Source of the DNA: Rebecca billardiae RCC1528
Lineage: Eukaryota > Protista > Haptophyta
DNA length: 64,000 bases
Direction of reading: 5' to 3'
Assembly: GCA_965240325.2 (NCBI GenBank)
Contig: OZ251224.1
Coordinates: forward strand, 3,720,001 to 3,784,000
Below the pieces are notes generated by a model that was given only the letters and a program-made list of their open reading frames with translations, had not been told where the DNA came from and did not search any database. Shown here in pieces: positions 1 through 11,382 of this stretch (position 1 is its first letter; each line of letters starts with the position of its first letter). Both the position numbers and the translations under genes were made by a program.

Positions 1-2
1 AG

Positions 3-1313
3 GCGGTCGACACGGCCGGCTTGTACGACGAACCAACTGACCCGTCGGACGCCGCAGTGCGCATGCCCGTCATCCACGCCGCGGCCGAACGGCAGGCGGC
101 GGCCGCGCTCGCAGAAGCAGCCGTCGTCGTGTACGTCGTGGACGGCACGGTGGGTGCTGGCCCGCGCGAGCGTGCGCTGGGCGCGCGGCTGCGCACCCTG
201 GGGAAGCCGATCGTCGTGGCGGTGAACAAGGTCGACGGGCCGCACCGCGCGGATCTTGCCCTCGACTTCTGGTCGCTCGGCCTCGGCGAGCCGGTGGCTC
301 TTTCAGCCGTGCACGGCCTCGGCACGGGCACGCTCCTCTCCGCGGTCGCCGAGCAGCTGGACGCGGTGCAGGCGGCGCGCGAGGCGGCAGGCGAGGAGCT
401 CGGCGATGCGCTCGACGCGCTCCCACGAGCGCGCCCCCTCCACATCGCCATCGTCGGCCGACCCAACGCGGGCAAGTCGACACTGCTCAACCGACTGCTG
501 GGCGCGGAGCGCTCGGTTGTGAGCGAGCTCGCCGGCACGACGCGCGACGCCGTGGTGGCGGAGTGCGAGTGGAACGGGCAGCCGATCGTGCTGCTGGACA
601 CAGCAGGGCTGCAGAAGCGCCCCCGGGATCGCGTCGCCACGGGCACGCCCGACAGCGGCGCGCAGGAGAACGCCCTCCGCGAGCTGTCCAAGTCGACGGT
701 CGCTCTTGTGCTCTTCGACGCGGTGCAGGGCTTCACGCTGCACGACGCGCGCGTTCTGGCGCAGTGCCTCGAGAGCCACCGCAGCTGCGTGCTCGTGGGG
801 AACAAGTGGGACGCGTCGGACGGCGCCTTCTGGCCCGCCGTCGAGGAGGCCGCCCGCCGAATCATCCGCAACCTCGACTACGTGCCCATTCTGCCCATGT
901 CCGCATCGACCGGGGCGGGCGTCTCCGAGGTGCTGGACGAGGCGATGCGCGTGGCGGACGCGCGCAAGGCGCACGTGCCCACCACCGAGCTCCTCGACGC
1001 GATCGAGCACGCGATGCGGCTGCGCTCGCCGCCGCGCGGCACGCGCATCCACCACGCCGTGCAGGCGGACGCGGAGGTGCCCACCTTCGTCCTGTTCGTG
1101 CGCGGGGACATCCCGCCGCGCTCCTACTTGGCCTACCTGGAGGCACGCATCCGCGAGCAGGCGGGCTTCCCCGGCACGCCCCTGCGCATCGTGTGCAAGA
1201 AAGACGCCGTCGACGAGGCGCGTGCGGCCAGGCATGCTCCTCGGCGTGACGATGGGAGGCGCCGCGTGGCTGCGCGTCGCCAGCGTGGCTCGAGCTCTTC
1301 TAAAAGGCGCTGA
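3..1313 (+). CDS. der: Der/EngA double-GTPase ribosome biogenesis factor (organellar), 5'-truncated by window
   Basis: GD1 DTAG (frame from 3) and NKVD; GD2 GRPNAGKSTLLN, GTTRD, DTAG, NKWD; C-terminal KH-like domain with PTFVLF and FPGTPLRI. Confidence 0.9.
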   Translation, partial: AVDTAGLYDEPTDPSDAAVRMPVIHAAAERQAAAALAEAAVVVYVVDGTVGAGPRERALGARLRTLGKPIVVAVNKVDGPHRADLALDFWSLGLGEPVALSAVHGLGTGTLLSAVAEQLDAVQAAREAAGEELGDALDALPRARPLHIAIVGRPNAGKSTLLNRLLGAERSVVSELAGTTRDAVVAECEWNGQPIVLLDTAGLQKRPRDRVATGTPDSGAQENALRELSKSTVALVLFDAVQGFTLHDARVLAQCLESHRSCVLVGNKWDASDGAFWPAVEEAARRIIRNLDYVPILPMSASTGAGVSEVLDEAMRVADARKAHVPTTELLDAIEHAMRLRSPPRGTRIHHAVQADAEVPTFVLFVRGDIPPRSYLAYLEARIREQAGFPGTPLRIVCKKDAVDEARAARHAPRRDDGRRRVAARRQRGSSSSKRR

Positions 1314-2254
1314 GCCCGGCCCTGTCAGCTGGCAGCTGCGGTGCCGTCAGGTACTCGCGACCCGCGGCCTCGTGCCTCGATGATACGACAGACAGGCGGC
1401 TACAGATACGTGACACGTCATGCTCGTCAGAATGCTGCGATGATGCAGTGGGTGCTCGGGCGGTCTGCATGCTCTCTGTGCAAGCCTGCCAGGCTCAGTG
1501 CCGTCAATGGTGCTGGCGCCGCCCGGAGCCTGCTGACGCTGCGCTACTGTCGAGTGTCGGGCTCGTGGCCCTGTCAAACTAGTGGCCCAGTGGGCCAGTG
1601 GCAGTGGCCAGTCGTAGCTCAAGCTGTTTTGGCCGCCATTGGCGCCCGCTGATCCGACGCATCCACTAGACTGCAAGCAGGGGTTGTGCCTCTAAGCAGT
1701 CTACTGTCTAGCTAGACCTCTCAGAGTAGCCGTCGCCGATATCTGCCATCATCATCCGACGGTCCGGACGATATCTCCCGTGCCACTATTGCGCAGTACA
1801 GTGCGCTGTTAACCGGCAGTACTCGGTGACCGTCTGAGTCAGAGTCTGAGTGTTGACTGTGTTGAGTACTCGTAGTGAGTCCGTCAGCAGACTCGGTCAC
1901 TTCAAGTCCGACACAGCGGACTCTGTATTATCATGTATGTAGTAGTCCAGTCGTAGTTACCGTGAGCCACTGACTAGAGTGACTAATATAGACTATATCA
2001 GTATATGCTGTGAGCAGTGGCTTAGTCGTACGAGTACGGATAGTGGCCGTATATTTCGCCTATCGGGCGCCCGGGGCGCGCACTGGCGGGCACTCCACAC
2101 TAGTGGCGGACGGCGCATCGCCATCGGCTACGCAATCAATAATACGCATCGTCGCCGCAGTACGACTACGGCGTCATCAGTGTCATGTCCACGCCAGTTA
2201 GCTTCAGGACCCTACGTACGTCTACGACCGTGACACCTTGACTAATTCTATGAT

Positions 2255-3357
2255 TTAAAGACACAGGCACGAGGGCGCAGCTCTCCTGATTCGTCTGTCG
2301 AAGTACTGAATGGAGTTAATGGAGGATGTCGCTGGAGCGCGTTGGCCGCGGGTGAGGGAGTCGTCGTAACCGATGCTGATCACACGGTCACTGAGGTAGT
2401 AGGCGCCCGGGGATGCCGCTGTTTTGCAGTCGTCGTCGGCCTTGGTCATCATGTAGTTGCCCGCGTCGTCGTCGTCCGAGGCTGTTCAAGTTGATGCCGT
2501 AGTGCGGGTAGTGGATGTGGTCGCCCGGGCCGGTGTGCGCGGCCTAGTGGCCTTGCCGAGTTGAGGGAGTAGTCGCCCTTGCCGTTGAGGAAGTCGTCGT
2601 CCTTGCCGTTGAGGAAGTCGTCGCCCTGGCCGCAGAGGAAGTCGTCGCCCTTGCCGTTGAGGAAGTCGTCGTCCTGGCCGCTGAGGGTGCCTGCGCTGCC
2701 CAACCGGGCGCGTCTGGCGCGCCAGCGCCGCGCGCGGCTCTACGCCAGTGACGGCGGCACGGCGGCAGCCAGGTCACGGGGGGGGTCGGCGAGGGACGCG
2801 GTGCGAGCCTGCTTGGCCGGCTTGGCGTCGCTCCCGCCAGCGGAGGAGGGCCCATCCTCCTCCGCCGGCGTGGACGGCTCGGTCGCCGCGCGCTTGCCGG
2901 CTGCCGCGGCGCCGGGGGGCAGGACCAGGCGGTAGTTGGACTCCCCGAGCGCCGGCCTGGCCTGTTGCACCTCGGGCCCGTCCGACGGCGCGGCCGCGGT
3001 TGGCGGCTGGGGTGGCGGGATGGCATCGTCGGAACCCTCCCCCTCGGGCTCCTCCGCCTCCGGGCCGGCGGGGTCCGCCGCCTGTTGGTCGGCCGGCTGA
3101 GGAGCAGGGCGGCGCGCAGCGGCGGGCGGCGCGGGCGGCACAGGCGGCGCGGGCGGCACGCCCCACAGGTTGTGTGGGACGCGGGCGGCGCCGGCGATGC
3201 GGCGGCTCGGCTTGAGCGGCGCGAAGAAGATGGGGTGCTCGGGGTCGATGGGCATGAAACGGAGGCGGAGGAAGATCAGGTTCACACCGCCGGAGTAGAT
3301 GTTGGTCTCGACGTGCTCACCGTTGGTCACGTACTTGTTGATGTCGGGCACGATCTG
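2255..3357 (-). pseudogene. Decayed coding region of unknown origin (possibly a TE ORF)
   Basis: ORFs 2740-3351 and 2449-2703 share a frame and are separated by one TAG (2740-2742); coding-like codon usage continues through further frameshifts to ~2255; CAG acceptor-like site just above 3351. No family recognised. Confidence 0.35.
2568..2686 (-). repeat. 24-bp minisatellite (~5 copies) encoding G[KQ][GD]DDFL[NC] octapeptides
   Basis: Repeated gaggaagtcgtcg(t/c)cc(t)tg(c/g)cg unit on the plus strand. Confidence 0.85.
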
Positions 3358-4792
3358 CTGCCCCCCAGCCCCGTTTTTGGCCGCACGATTGCGAATCTCA
3401 GAGTTACTTGGCCAGTCAATGTTTAGAGTTTTGAAGAAGGCGAAAGACTATCTGGCGGCCGAAACGAGGGACGGCTGTCCCGATGGCGTTCCGGCCGCGA
3501 AGTCCGCCGGTGCCTTGCACGAGGGCGGCCGATCAGTGGCGCCTAGCCCGGTCGTCCGCGCGGTTGTGTCAGCGCACGCGCCATGTGTGTGCCCCCCGCT
3601 GTCACGGCATGTTGTGCGCCAGCACCGTGGGAGCTCCTCGCCTGTTCCTGTCACTCACGGCTAAGCGACGGTGCAGAGATCTTCAGTCCGAGCCCGCGAC
3701 TGCTGAACTTCTGTGATACGTGTGCGAATCCTTGCAGAAAAGCACGCTCTGCTCCCGCAAATCTACCTGGCGAACGTGCGCTGGTGTCAATGCTTCACGC
3801 AGTGCACAAATGCCATGGCGAATCAGTCTTCCCTGCGTGTCACAGGCCTTGGCGTTTGCACATCGACAAGCTAACGGAGACGAGTCCTGACGAGCTGCGT
3901 ATGGCTGTGGTCGCATGTAGTGTGGGCGTCGAACGCCGGAGAAGGTGGTGGCTGAAGGCGATAGAAGTATGCTCTCCCATCGGGTACAAGCCAGGCTTGG
4001 AAGACGTCTGCTTGCATCACACACACAGCTTACGCCGACCCGTGCGACGTGAAGCGCCTCAAGCGTGACGGAAGCAACCCAAGGTGCGCGCAAGGCGTGA
4101 GGAGCAGGGTGATCTAACCTTACGCGGGCCTGCTCATCTAGCAGCGCACTCAGTAGATCGCCCCCGTCCTCAGGCGCACGATGACCACCGAATCGTGAAT
4201 GTGTAGACGCTGACGCGTGCCAGCTTGCGGCGAGCAGCGACCGTGCCGCGGACTCGGGCCTCGCGCAAGAACAAGCAGGTTTTTTTGGCGCGGAGGACGC
4301 TAGCATGACCTGCACGTACAGCGGGGAGATTGTTTGCAAGGCGTGCCCTACATACAGCTCGCGTGCCCCTCAGATATCCCGCGCGGAGAACGTCAGCAGC
4401 CCAGCATCGCAGTCCGCGCCGCAGCCCCAACCCGACTCAGCTCCGCCCCTCGCCCACCACGAGACGGCGAGATACCGACGAAGTGGAACGGAGCGAGCAT
4501 CTATTTCCTATTGGGGCTCGCGGGAGCCGATGTGATCATTTTTCATTGAGCGAAGCCCGAGCTGGCTTCCCATTGGACGGATTGGCGGCTGCGCTACTCC
4601 GCAAGGCGAAACACTTACAGCGTCACATCCCGAAAATGCAAGTTTGGACAATAGAGTGAGGCACCCTCCTCCAATGAAATTGCTGAAAATCCCGACGAAA
4701 CTTTACTCGCACGTGTGAGTACGCCCGATCTCCGGGAGATGTGGCCATTTCCGCCCACTGGGGCCATTCAAGGTGCAGTGAGCAGCAGCATG

Positions 4793-5005
<213 letters not shown>

Positions 5006-5188
5006 TCGGCCTCCGAGGCGGCGCGGCGGACGCCCGCCCCGACTACGGGCGGACGGCCCGCGGATGCATTTATGATCAGCGCTGCTGCGCTGTGCCTGTA
5101 GTCGTAATTAAATATAGCAGCACTGAGCGCGCAGCATTGATTCGCCGCCTGACTCATCGGCAGGAGTGATCATCATTTACGAGGCCAA

Positions 5189-8100
5189 TCAAACTCGACT
5201 TCTGCCGTTCGAGAGCCCGCTGCTGGGCCTGGGTCCCAGCGCCGCGTGGGTAGCAGGCGGGTGCATGACAGGGGACACCGGCCTCGCGCCGGCCGTAGGC
5301 CTACTCAGCCAAGTGGATGGCCCGGCCGTGGACGAGGCCACCGCCGCCTTCGCCCACGCAGGCAGCTCAGGGACCTCGATGCCGAAGTACGACGTGTTCG
5401 TGGGAGCGACGGAGGGAGCGACGGCCATGCCCGTGGTGCGGGGTCGCTTCTGTGGAGAGCCGCTGTAGCTGTTGCCAGTCGCCGTCCGGGTGAGGACGCG
5501 CATGCTGCGGACGGGCGAGCCGTTGGTGGACGTGGCGACGGTCTCGTTGTCGTCGTCATCGAACTGCAGGCCCTGCCACGCGCCGGTGCGGATGATGCGA
5601 TCCACGAGCTTCGGGTCCTTGCCCTCGATCGACGTGAGCAGCTCGATCGCGCGCGCCGTGTGCGGCACGTAGTAGTAGAGTGCCGGCCCTGCGAGCAGCA
5701 GTGGCAGCGCGTTCTCAACAAAGAAGAGGACCCAGAAGGCGAGCAGGTCGGTGACGAGGGCCTCGGAGAAGTTGAAGCCGGTCGACGCGTCCGAGAGCAG
5801 CAGGAGCAGCGACGCGAAGATGGCGGTCGCGCACACGGCGATCGCGACCGCGTGCCGCCACGCCGTCTGCTGGAAGATGCCCCACGCCCACGCGAGGTTG
5901 CCCACGCCAAAGCTGAAGAGAGAGAGCAGCTCGACGATGATGAGGAGGCGGGTCTGCGTGAGCGAGAGCTTGTCCGCGTTCTGCCCGCGCGCGTACAGGT
6001 GCCACAGCACGCTGTTCCTGTCCTCGCTCAGCGTGTGCAGCGAGTTGGCCGAGGTGGCGAAGATGAGGTACTGGCCGGAGAAGACGAGCTTGGTCCAGCC
6101 GATGGCGAGCGCGGAGAGCATGAACGCGCGCTCGGGCGTGGGGATGGGCGTGCGGTGGCGCAGGCTGGTGTAGATGGACGGGTCGACGCCCAGCCGGCCG
6201 CGCTTCACGCGCTCCACCTCGCGCAGCAGCACCACCTCGAGCACGACGTGCGTGAGCAGCAGCGCGGACGTGACCGCCTCGACGATCCCGATCACGACCA
6301 GCTGCGCGATCGCGGAGATCCGCTCAAACCGGTCGGCCACGTTCGCCTCGACGACGTTCACCTCGTTGAAGGCGACGGCGGAGGCGACGAGCAGCGAGCA
6401 CGCGAGCGGCGCGAGGATCATGATCAGCGTGCGGTGCCCCGAGCGCGACTGCGAGTACGCCACCGACCAGCCGCCCGCGCCCACGATCATGAGCGTGAGG
6501 CCGTACACGGACAGAAGGTACGGCGTGAAGTAATTCGTCTCGTGCTCAAACTGCATGCGGCGGAAGAGGAGCCAGACGCCGAGGGACATGCACGCGGTGC
6601 CGTCGAGCAGCGTGATCACCGCGCAGAGCCGCGCGGAGAGCTGCACGTCCTGTATGCCCTGCACGCGCCACAGCGTCACCTTGCCCTCGCGCTCCTGCCT
6701 CGTGCGGAGCGCGCGCTCGGCGGCGAGCGCCGTGCGGAAGCGATTGGCAACCGTCGTGAGCGCGATGCACATGATGGCGGAGAGCATGGTCGCGACGCCC
6801 CACGCCACGCTGTACACCTGGAGGTGCTCCTGCAGCGCCTCCCGCGACGCGATCCCCGAGGGAAACACCGGCCGGACTGACTCGTACACCGTGCCCACCA
6901 CCTCGGACGCGACGCCAGCGAGCCAAAAGCTGCCGACCGCAAAGCAGAGGAACACTGCGCCGAGCAAGCCCTGCAGCAGCATGTAGCTCTGCGCCAGCGC
7001 GAGCGAGCGTCGACGGCCGCTCACGAAGCCGAGCAGCGAGAGCATCAGCGCGAAGCCGCCGAAGCCGAGCATCGTGACCGGCGCCCACAGCGAGAGCACA
7101 GCGGCCATCCAGGCCAGGTCCTGCGCGGTCGCGCGGCCACAGGCGGTGGCGCGCGGCGCGGCGAGCGCTCGCCGCGGGTGAGACGCAGGCGCTGGCCGCG
7201 CGCGCGGGCCGGGATGCGCGGTCGCGCCGGGGCGGCGGCGGCGCAGCAGACAGGCGACGCGCGCGGGGTCGAGCGCGCACCACCGTGGCGTAGACAGCGA
7301 GCAGCACCAGCCCCATCATCACCGACGCAAACGCCGCGTTCGATCGGTCGAAAGTGGCGCGCACGCGCCTGAAGCGCTCCGCGGCGCGCGCGTCGGCTGC
7401 GTCGACGTCGACGATGGGCACGCTGGGCCCGTAGCGCACGCTGGGGCCCTGCGAGTGCTGCGTCGGCGTGACGCGCATCACCAGCGGGCGCTCCGTGCCC
7501 GTGCTGTCGGACACGCCGTCCACAAAGCCGCCGAGCACGAGAGAGCCAAACGGCAGCGCCCTCCCGCCAAAGTCTTCGGGCAGCTGCTGCTTGCCTACCA
7601 GCTCCTCCAGAAAGGGCCCCCACTCCGCGCGGCCGCCGAAGACCTTGACCTGCACCAGGCCCTCCGGGTCGAGCAGCTTGGTGATCCGCGCCTGCACCGA
7701 CGAGAAGAAGGACGGCGCGTTGATGATCACCATCAGGCCGAGCCGCTCCGCGTAGTGCTTCTGCGCACGGGCGCGGGGGCGGCGCGCGCGGGGCACGGGT
7801 GGGGCGGCGCGGCACGGGGCGCGGCACGTTGGCGGCGGCGGCGGCGGGGGCGGGCGGGCAGGCGTGAGCCTGGGCTCATGCGCGGGCGCGCGTCGCCACC
7901 GCACGCCCAGACCGAGCGCACGCCGCGCCAAGACGCGCCACGCGCCACGCGCCACGCCGCGCCGCGCGCCGCGCGCGCGCGCCTGGTCGAGCAAGCCGAT
8001 CGTCGAGAGGAAGTGGAGCAGGTGCGACGAGAGCATTGAGAGGTGGAAGCCCTCGAGGTCGATGACGACGAGGACCTTGTCCACGATGTGGCCGCGCTGG

Positions 8101-8765
8101 GAGGTCGCGCGGATGAGCTCGTCGGCCACCTGCTCGCTCTCCCACACGTGGTGCCGCGTGATCGCCTCCCAGCTCGTCACCCCGAGCAGTCGCTTCAACT
8201 CAAACTTGCCGTAGAGCGAGTACAGCACCGGCCGGCCGTACCGGTCGCTGCCGTGCCAGAAGTGGGGGAAGAAGCTGAGCGCGAGCTCGGGGTCGCAGCC
8301 GATGGCCTCCGCCGCCGTCATCTCGCGGATCCCGTTCACGTTCATGCGCTCGCGCCACGCGAAGTCGTCGCGCGCGAGCGCGATCGCGCCATCGATGCGG
8401 AAGCGCTTTGTGCGCAGGAAGCGAAGCAGGTACACCTCGACGGTGGCGTCACGGCTGGCTGCGTACTCAAGGTCGAAGCCGCTACGCTCGAGCTGCAAGT
8501 GCATCTGCTCCAGAGCGTGCGCCTGCTCGAAAGTCAGGGAGCCCACGTGGCCTGAGCCGTACAGGCGCTTCAAGGGCTCGGGGTAGCGGAGGGGCTCTCT
8601 GCGCGCGCGTGGGGGGTGCGTTGGCCGCGTGGGTGGAGCGAGCACAGTGAGAAGAGGCGAGATAGGGCGGGGTGCCAGTGACGCAGCCGGCATGCGCGGT
8701 CGGGGGGCGTACTCTTCATCGTCGTTGGCTGCCGTTCTCTTGCCGTCTGGAAGAGGTCCCAGCAT
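5189..8765 (-). CDS. CRAL-TRIO/Sec14 domain + two tetraspanin-like 4-TM repeats + EBP/EXPERA-like domain (fusion); introns ~8599-8712, 7761-7982 (GC-AG), 7121-7280
   Basis: Sec14 motifs YLLRFLR, HGSDRYGRPV, VIDLEG, DQ|KHYAERLG..IINAP..F, LPEDFGG; splice 7280/7120 joins in frame to the 5189-7108 ORF; then two 4-TM units and an EBP-like unit (LWHLYA..AD..VELLS..WRH..FWVLFFVENAL). Confidence 0.8.
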
Positions 8766-9109
8766 GCTGCCACTGGTCAGCCCGCTTTGCGCTTGCACAT
8801 CGTCCCGGCTCCTTGTGAAGACAGTGTGAAGTGTTCGCACGCGCGCCGGTTGGAGGTGGCTAACTATAACGTAAGGTATTCGGAGTATGATATTTCGGGC
8901 GACGAAATGCTTTGATGGCCTGATAGGTGAGCTTGCACCAGACTCATTTGTGCTTCCTATGACGTTACAGTATTTCTCAGTGTCGGCGGGCCGCTGATTG
9001 GTCGGGGTAGCCCATTAGTAGCCCCATCGACCTGACAATCATCGAAAAAGAACCAGCACAGGGTTTTTCCTGCAAGAATTGGGGCCTCTACGGTTTTCTG
9101 CTCGGCGCA

Positions 9110-10021
9110 ATGGCGGCGATTGTCGTGTTCGCGATGGCATCGATGCCGGCGTTCGCCTCCGCTCGGGTTGCCCTTCCGATGGCAAGGGGGATGAGCGCGC
9201 CGCCTCTGCAGTGTGGCGCTGGGCGCGTCGCCGGGCGATTTGCAGCATCGCGCCGCGGGGTCGCATGCGCGCGTGCGAGCGTGCGAGCAGCTGACACGGA
9301 GGAGCCCGACATCGTCGAGAAGATGTTCAAGTTCTTCTTCGGCGAGCAGGAGGCGCGGCCCATGGGCATGGGGCGCACGTCTGGCGCGCCGGACACGTAC
9401 CCGGCGACGCTGACAGAATCTGCGGAGCCGGTGGCTGGCGACTCCCGCGAGGCGGCGGAGCTGCGCCCGCTGCTGAAGAACACCAACCTGGAGACGCGCA
9501 AGCTGAAGGTCGTGTACGACGCGGGCCGGCACGGGTGGAGCGCGCGCGCGTTCCACCAGAAGGTCGACGGCACCGGGCCGTGCATCATGCGCGCGGTGAC
9601 CAAGGGCGGCTGCGTGTGCGGCGCCTACGCGCCCAAGGGCTTTGCCGGGATCGGCGAGTACCGCGGTTCGATCGCCGCCTTCTTGTTCACGTGGCCCGAC
9701 GGTCCGCCTTGCACGTTTGAGCGCGTGATCAAGCTGCAGAAGGCCGGCGGCGCCAGCCTCGCGACGATCGACATCCCCGAATCCGGCCCGCGCTTCGGCG
9801 CGGACGGGCTCGCCGTCCCGCTCGAGGACGGCTCGGCGCGCAAGGCGTTCTGCAAGCTCGGCCCGTACTACAAGAAGATGCCCGATGGCTCGGGCTCGCT
9901 GTTCGGGCCGCGCGACAACCCGCAGGTGACCGAGCTGAAGGAGCTGCGCATGTACGCCGGCGTGTACGCCGAGGACGAGCGCATCCCCTTCTCTGGCGCC
10001 ATCCCGTTCGCGATCGAATGA
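9110..10021 (+). CDS. TLDc-domain (OXR-like) protein, probably plastid-targeted
   Basis: TLDc motifs VYDAGRHGWSARAFHQKVDG, GAY, AFLF, GPRFGADGL; N-terminal signal peptide plus Arg/Ala-rich transit-like peptide. Confidence 0.85.
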   Translation: MAAIVVFAMASMPAFASARVALPMARGMSAPPLQCGAGRVAGRFAASRRGVACARASVRAADTEEPDIVEKMFKFFFGEQEARPMGMGRTSGAPDTYPATLTESAEPVAGDSREAAELRPLLKNTNLETRKLKVVYDAGRHGWSARAFHQKVDGTGPCIMRAVTKGGCVCGAYAPKGFAGIGEYRGSIAAFLFTWPDGPPCTFERVIKLQKAGGASLATIDIPESGPRFGADGLAVPLEDGSARKAFCKLGPYYKKMPDGSGSLFGPRDNPQVTELKELRMYAGVYAEDERIPFSGAIPFAIE

Positions 10022-11382
10022 TTCTGCGGCGCGTTCTCTGAGCTGCTGGGCGCTTCCGCGGCGTGCTGGTCGATGGCGGGGGACTGCCGGCAGCATCCGA
10101 GTAGCCTGCACTCGTGTTCGCTGCCACAGGGAGCGGCGGTGCGCGCGTGTTGCAGCGCCAGAGCGGGCGCCTGCGTGGCGGTTTCCCGGCCCGGAGTGGC
10201 ATCATGGCCGCGCCGCTTTCACAGTCAGGCGCCTGTCACTCATGGATGATGCACATTCAGACTGAGCCCATCGTCATGCCATTATCCGCAATCGTCATCA
10301 TATCATATTATAATAACATGCTCCCGGATGCAGCTTCGCCGCCAAGTGGCTGCTATACTCTGACACTACTGAGTACTGTCTACTGTAGTCTACGGTACTG
10401 TAGCTATCTTATTATAATAAATTATATATATATATAATTATATAATAAAGTACCCGGTGCATGAATCTCTGTGTGCAGCGGTTAGTCTGTCTTAATTCAT
10501 ATGTACATCATTTTTTAATAATAAGCTGCTATATACAGCAGTAACGCGCTGTGAACCGTTTCATATCACGGTGACGGTCTTTTATTAATATGGGTCTCCT
10601 CACTCACAGTCTCACTCCTGGTACCGGACCGTTGACCGGGAGCCGGCGCCAGGCCTCTGCAGTACTCCATACCGTGGGCCCTGATAGGCTTCACTGTCCG
10701 AGTCAGTGACTGTCACTGCTGACAGCTGAGTCAGGCGGTGAGCAGTAAACGACTATAACGAGCTATAACCTAGTCAGCTCGGAACTCAGCGCGGAATAAT
10801 GATGGCAGTGTCTTATTGCCGCGAATTCAGATTTTTATATTTTTGCCATTTATTGTCTTCTGTCTCGGTTATTCTTATTATTCTTAAATGTAACCGGCGT
10901 CGGGCGTGCGGCCGCCCGTGTAGGCTGTACGGTGAGTACCGTGTACGGCTGTTTACTGAATTAGGCTTAGTCGCTTGATTTTAATTTTTAACAGTATCAT
11001 AGCAACTAACACGTACTCTCTGTACCTGGGAGTGAATCAGTGTCTGTGTACAGTCTGCCGAGCCTACGAGTGTGATTCATTTTTGAGTGTGACAGTGAGT
11101 GTAGTCACTGAGTACGGAGTAGCTAGCTCTCATCAGTAAGATGTACTTATTAGAGCTCCTGGCTCAGGCACGAGGTCCCACCGCAGTCCGTCGAAGTGTT
11201 ACGCACAGTACGACGGTTGCGGACTGTACACTGATGTCGTCATGATACAGTCCTAGTCGGTAGACGGTAGTCCGGCAGCCTCACAGCCGGAGGGTAGGTC
11301 CGGGTGCTTCAATGAAATCCGGGCGGGACGCTTCCGGCCCGGCGCGGTTCGCCGCTTCGGCCGTCGCGCCGTTGGTCAAGCA

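Noticed and set aside
2568-2686. Possible CRISPR array
   Set aside because: Contiguous 24-bp units without unique spacers; eukaryotic context; no cas genes.
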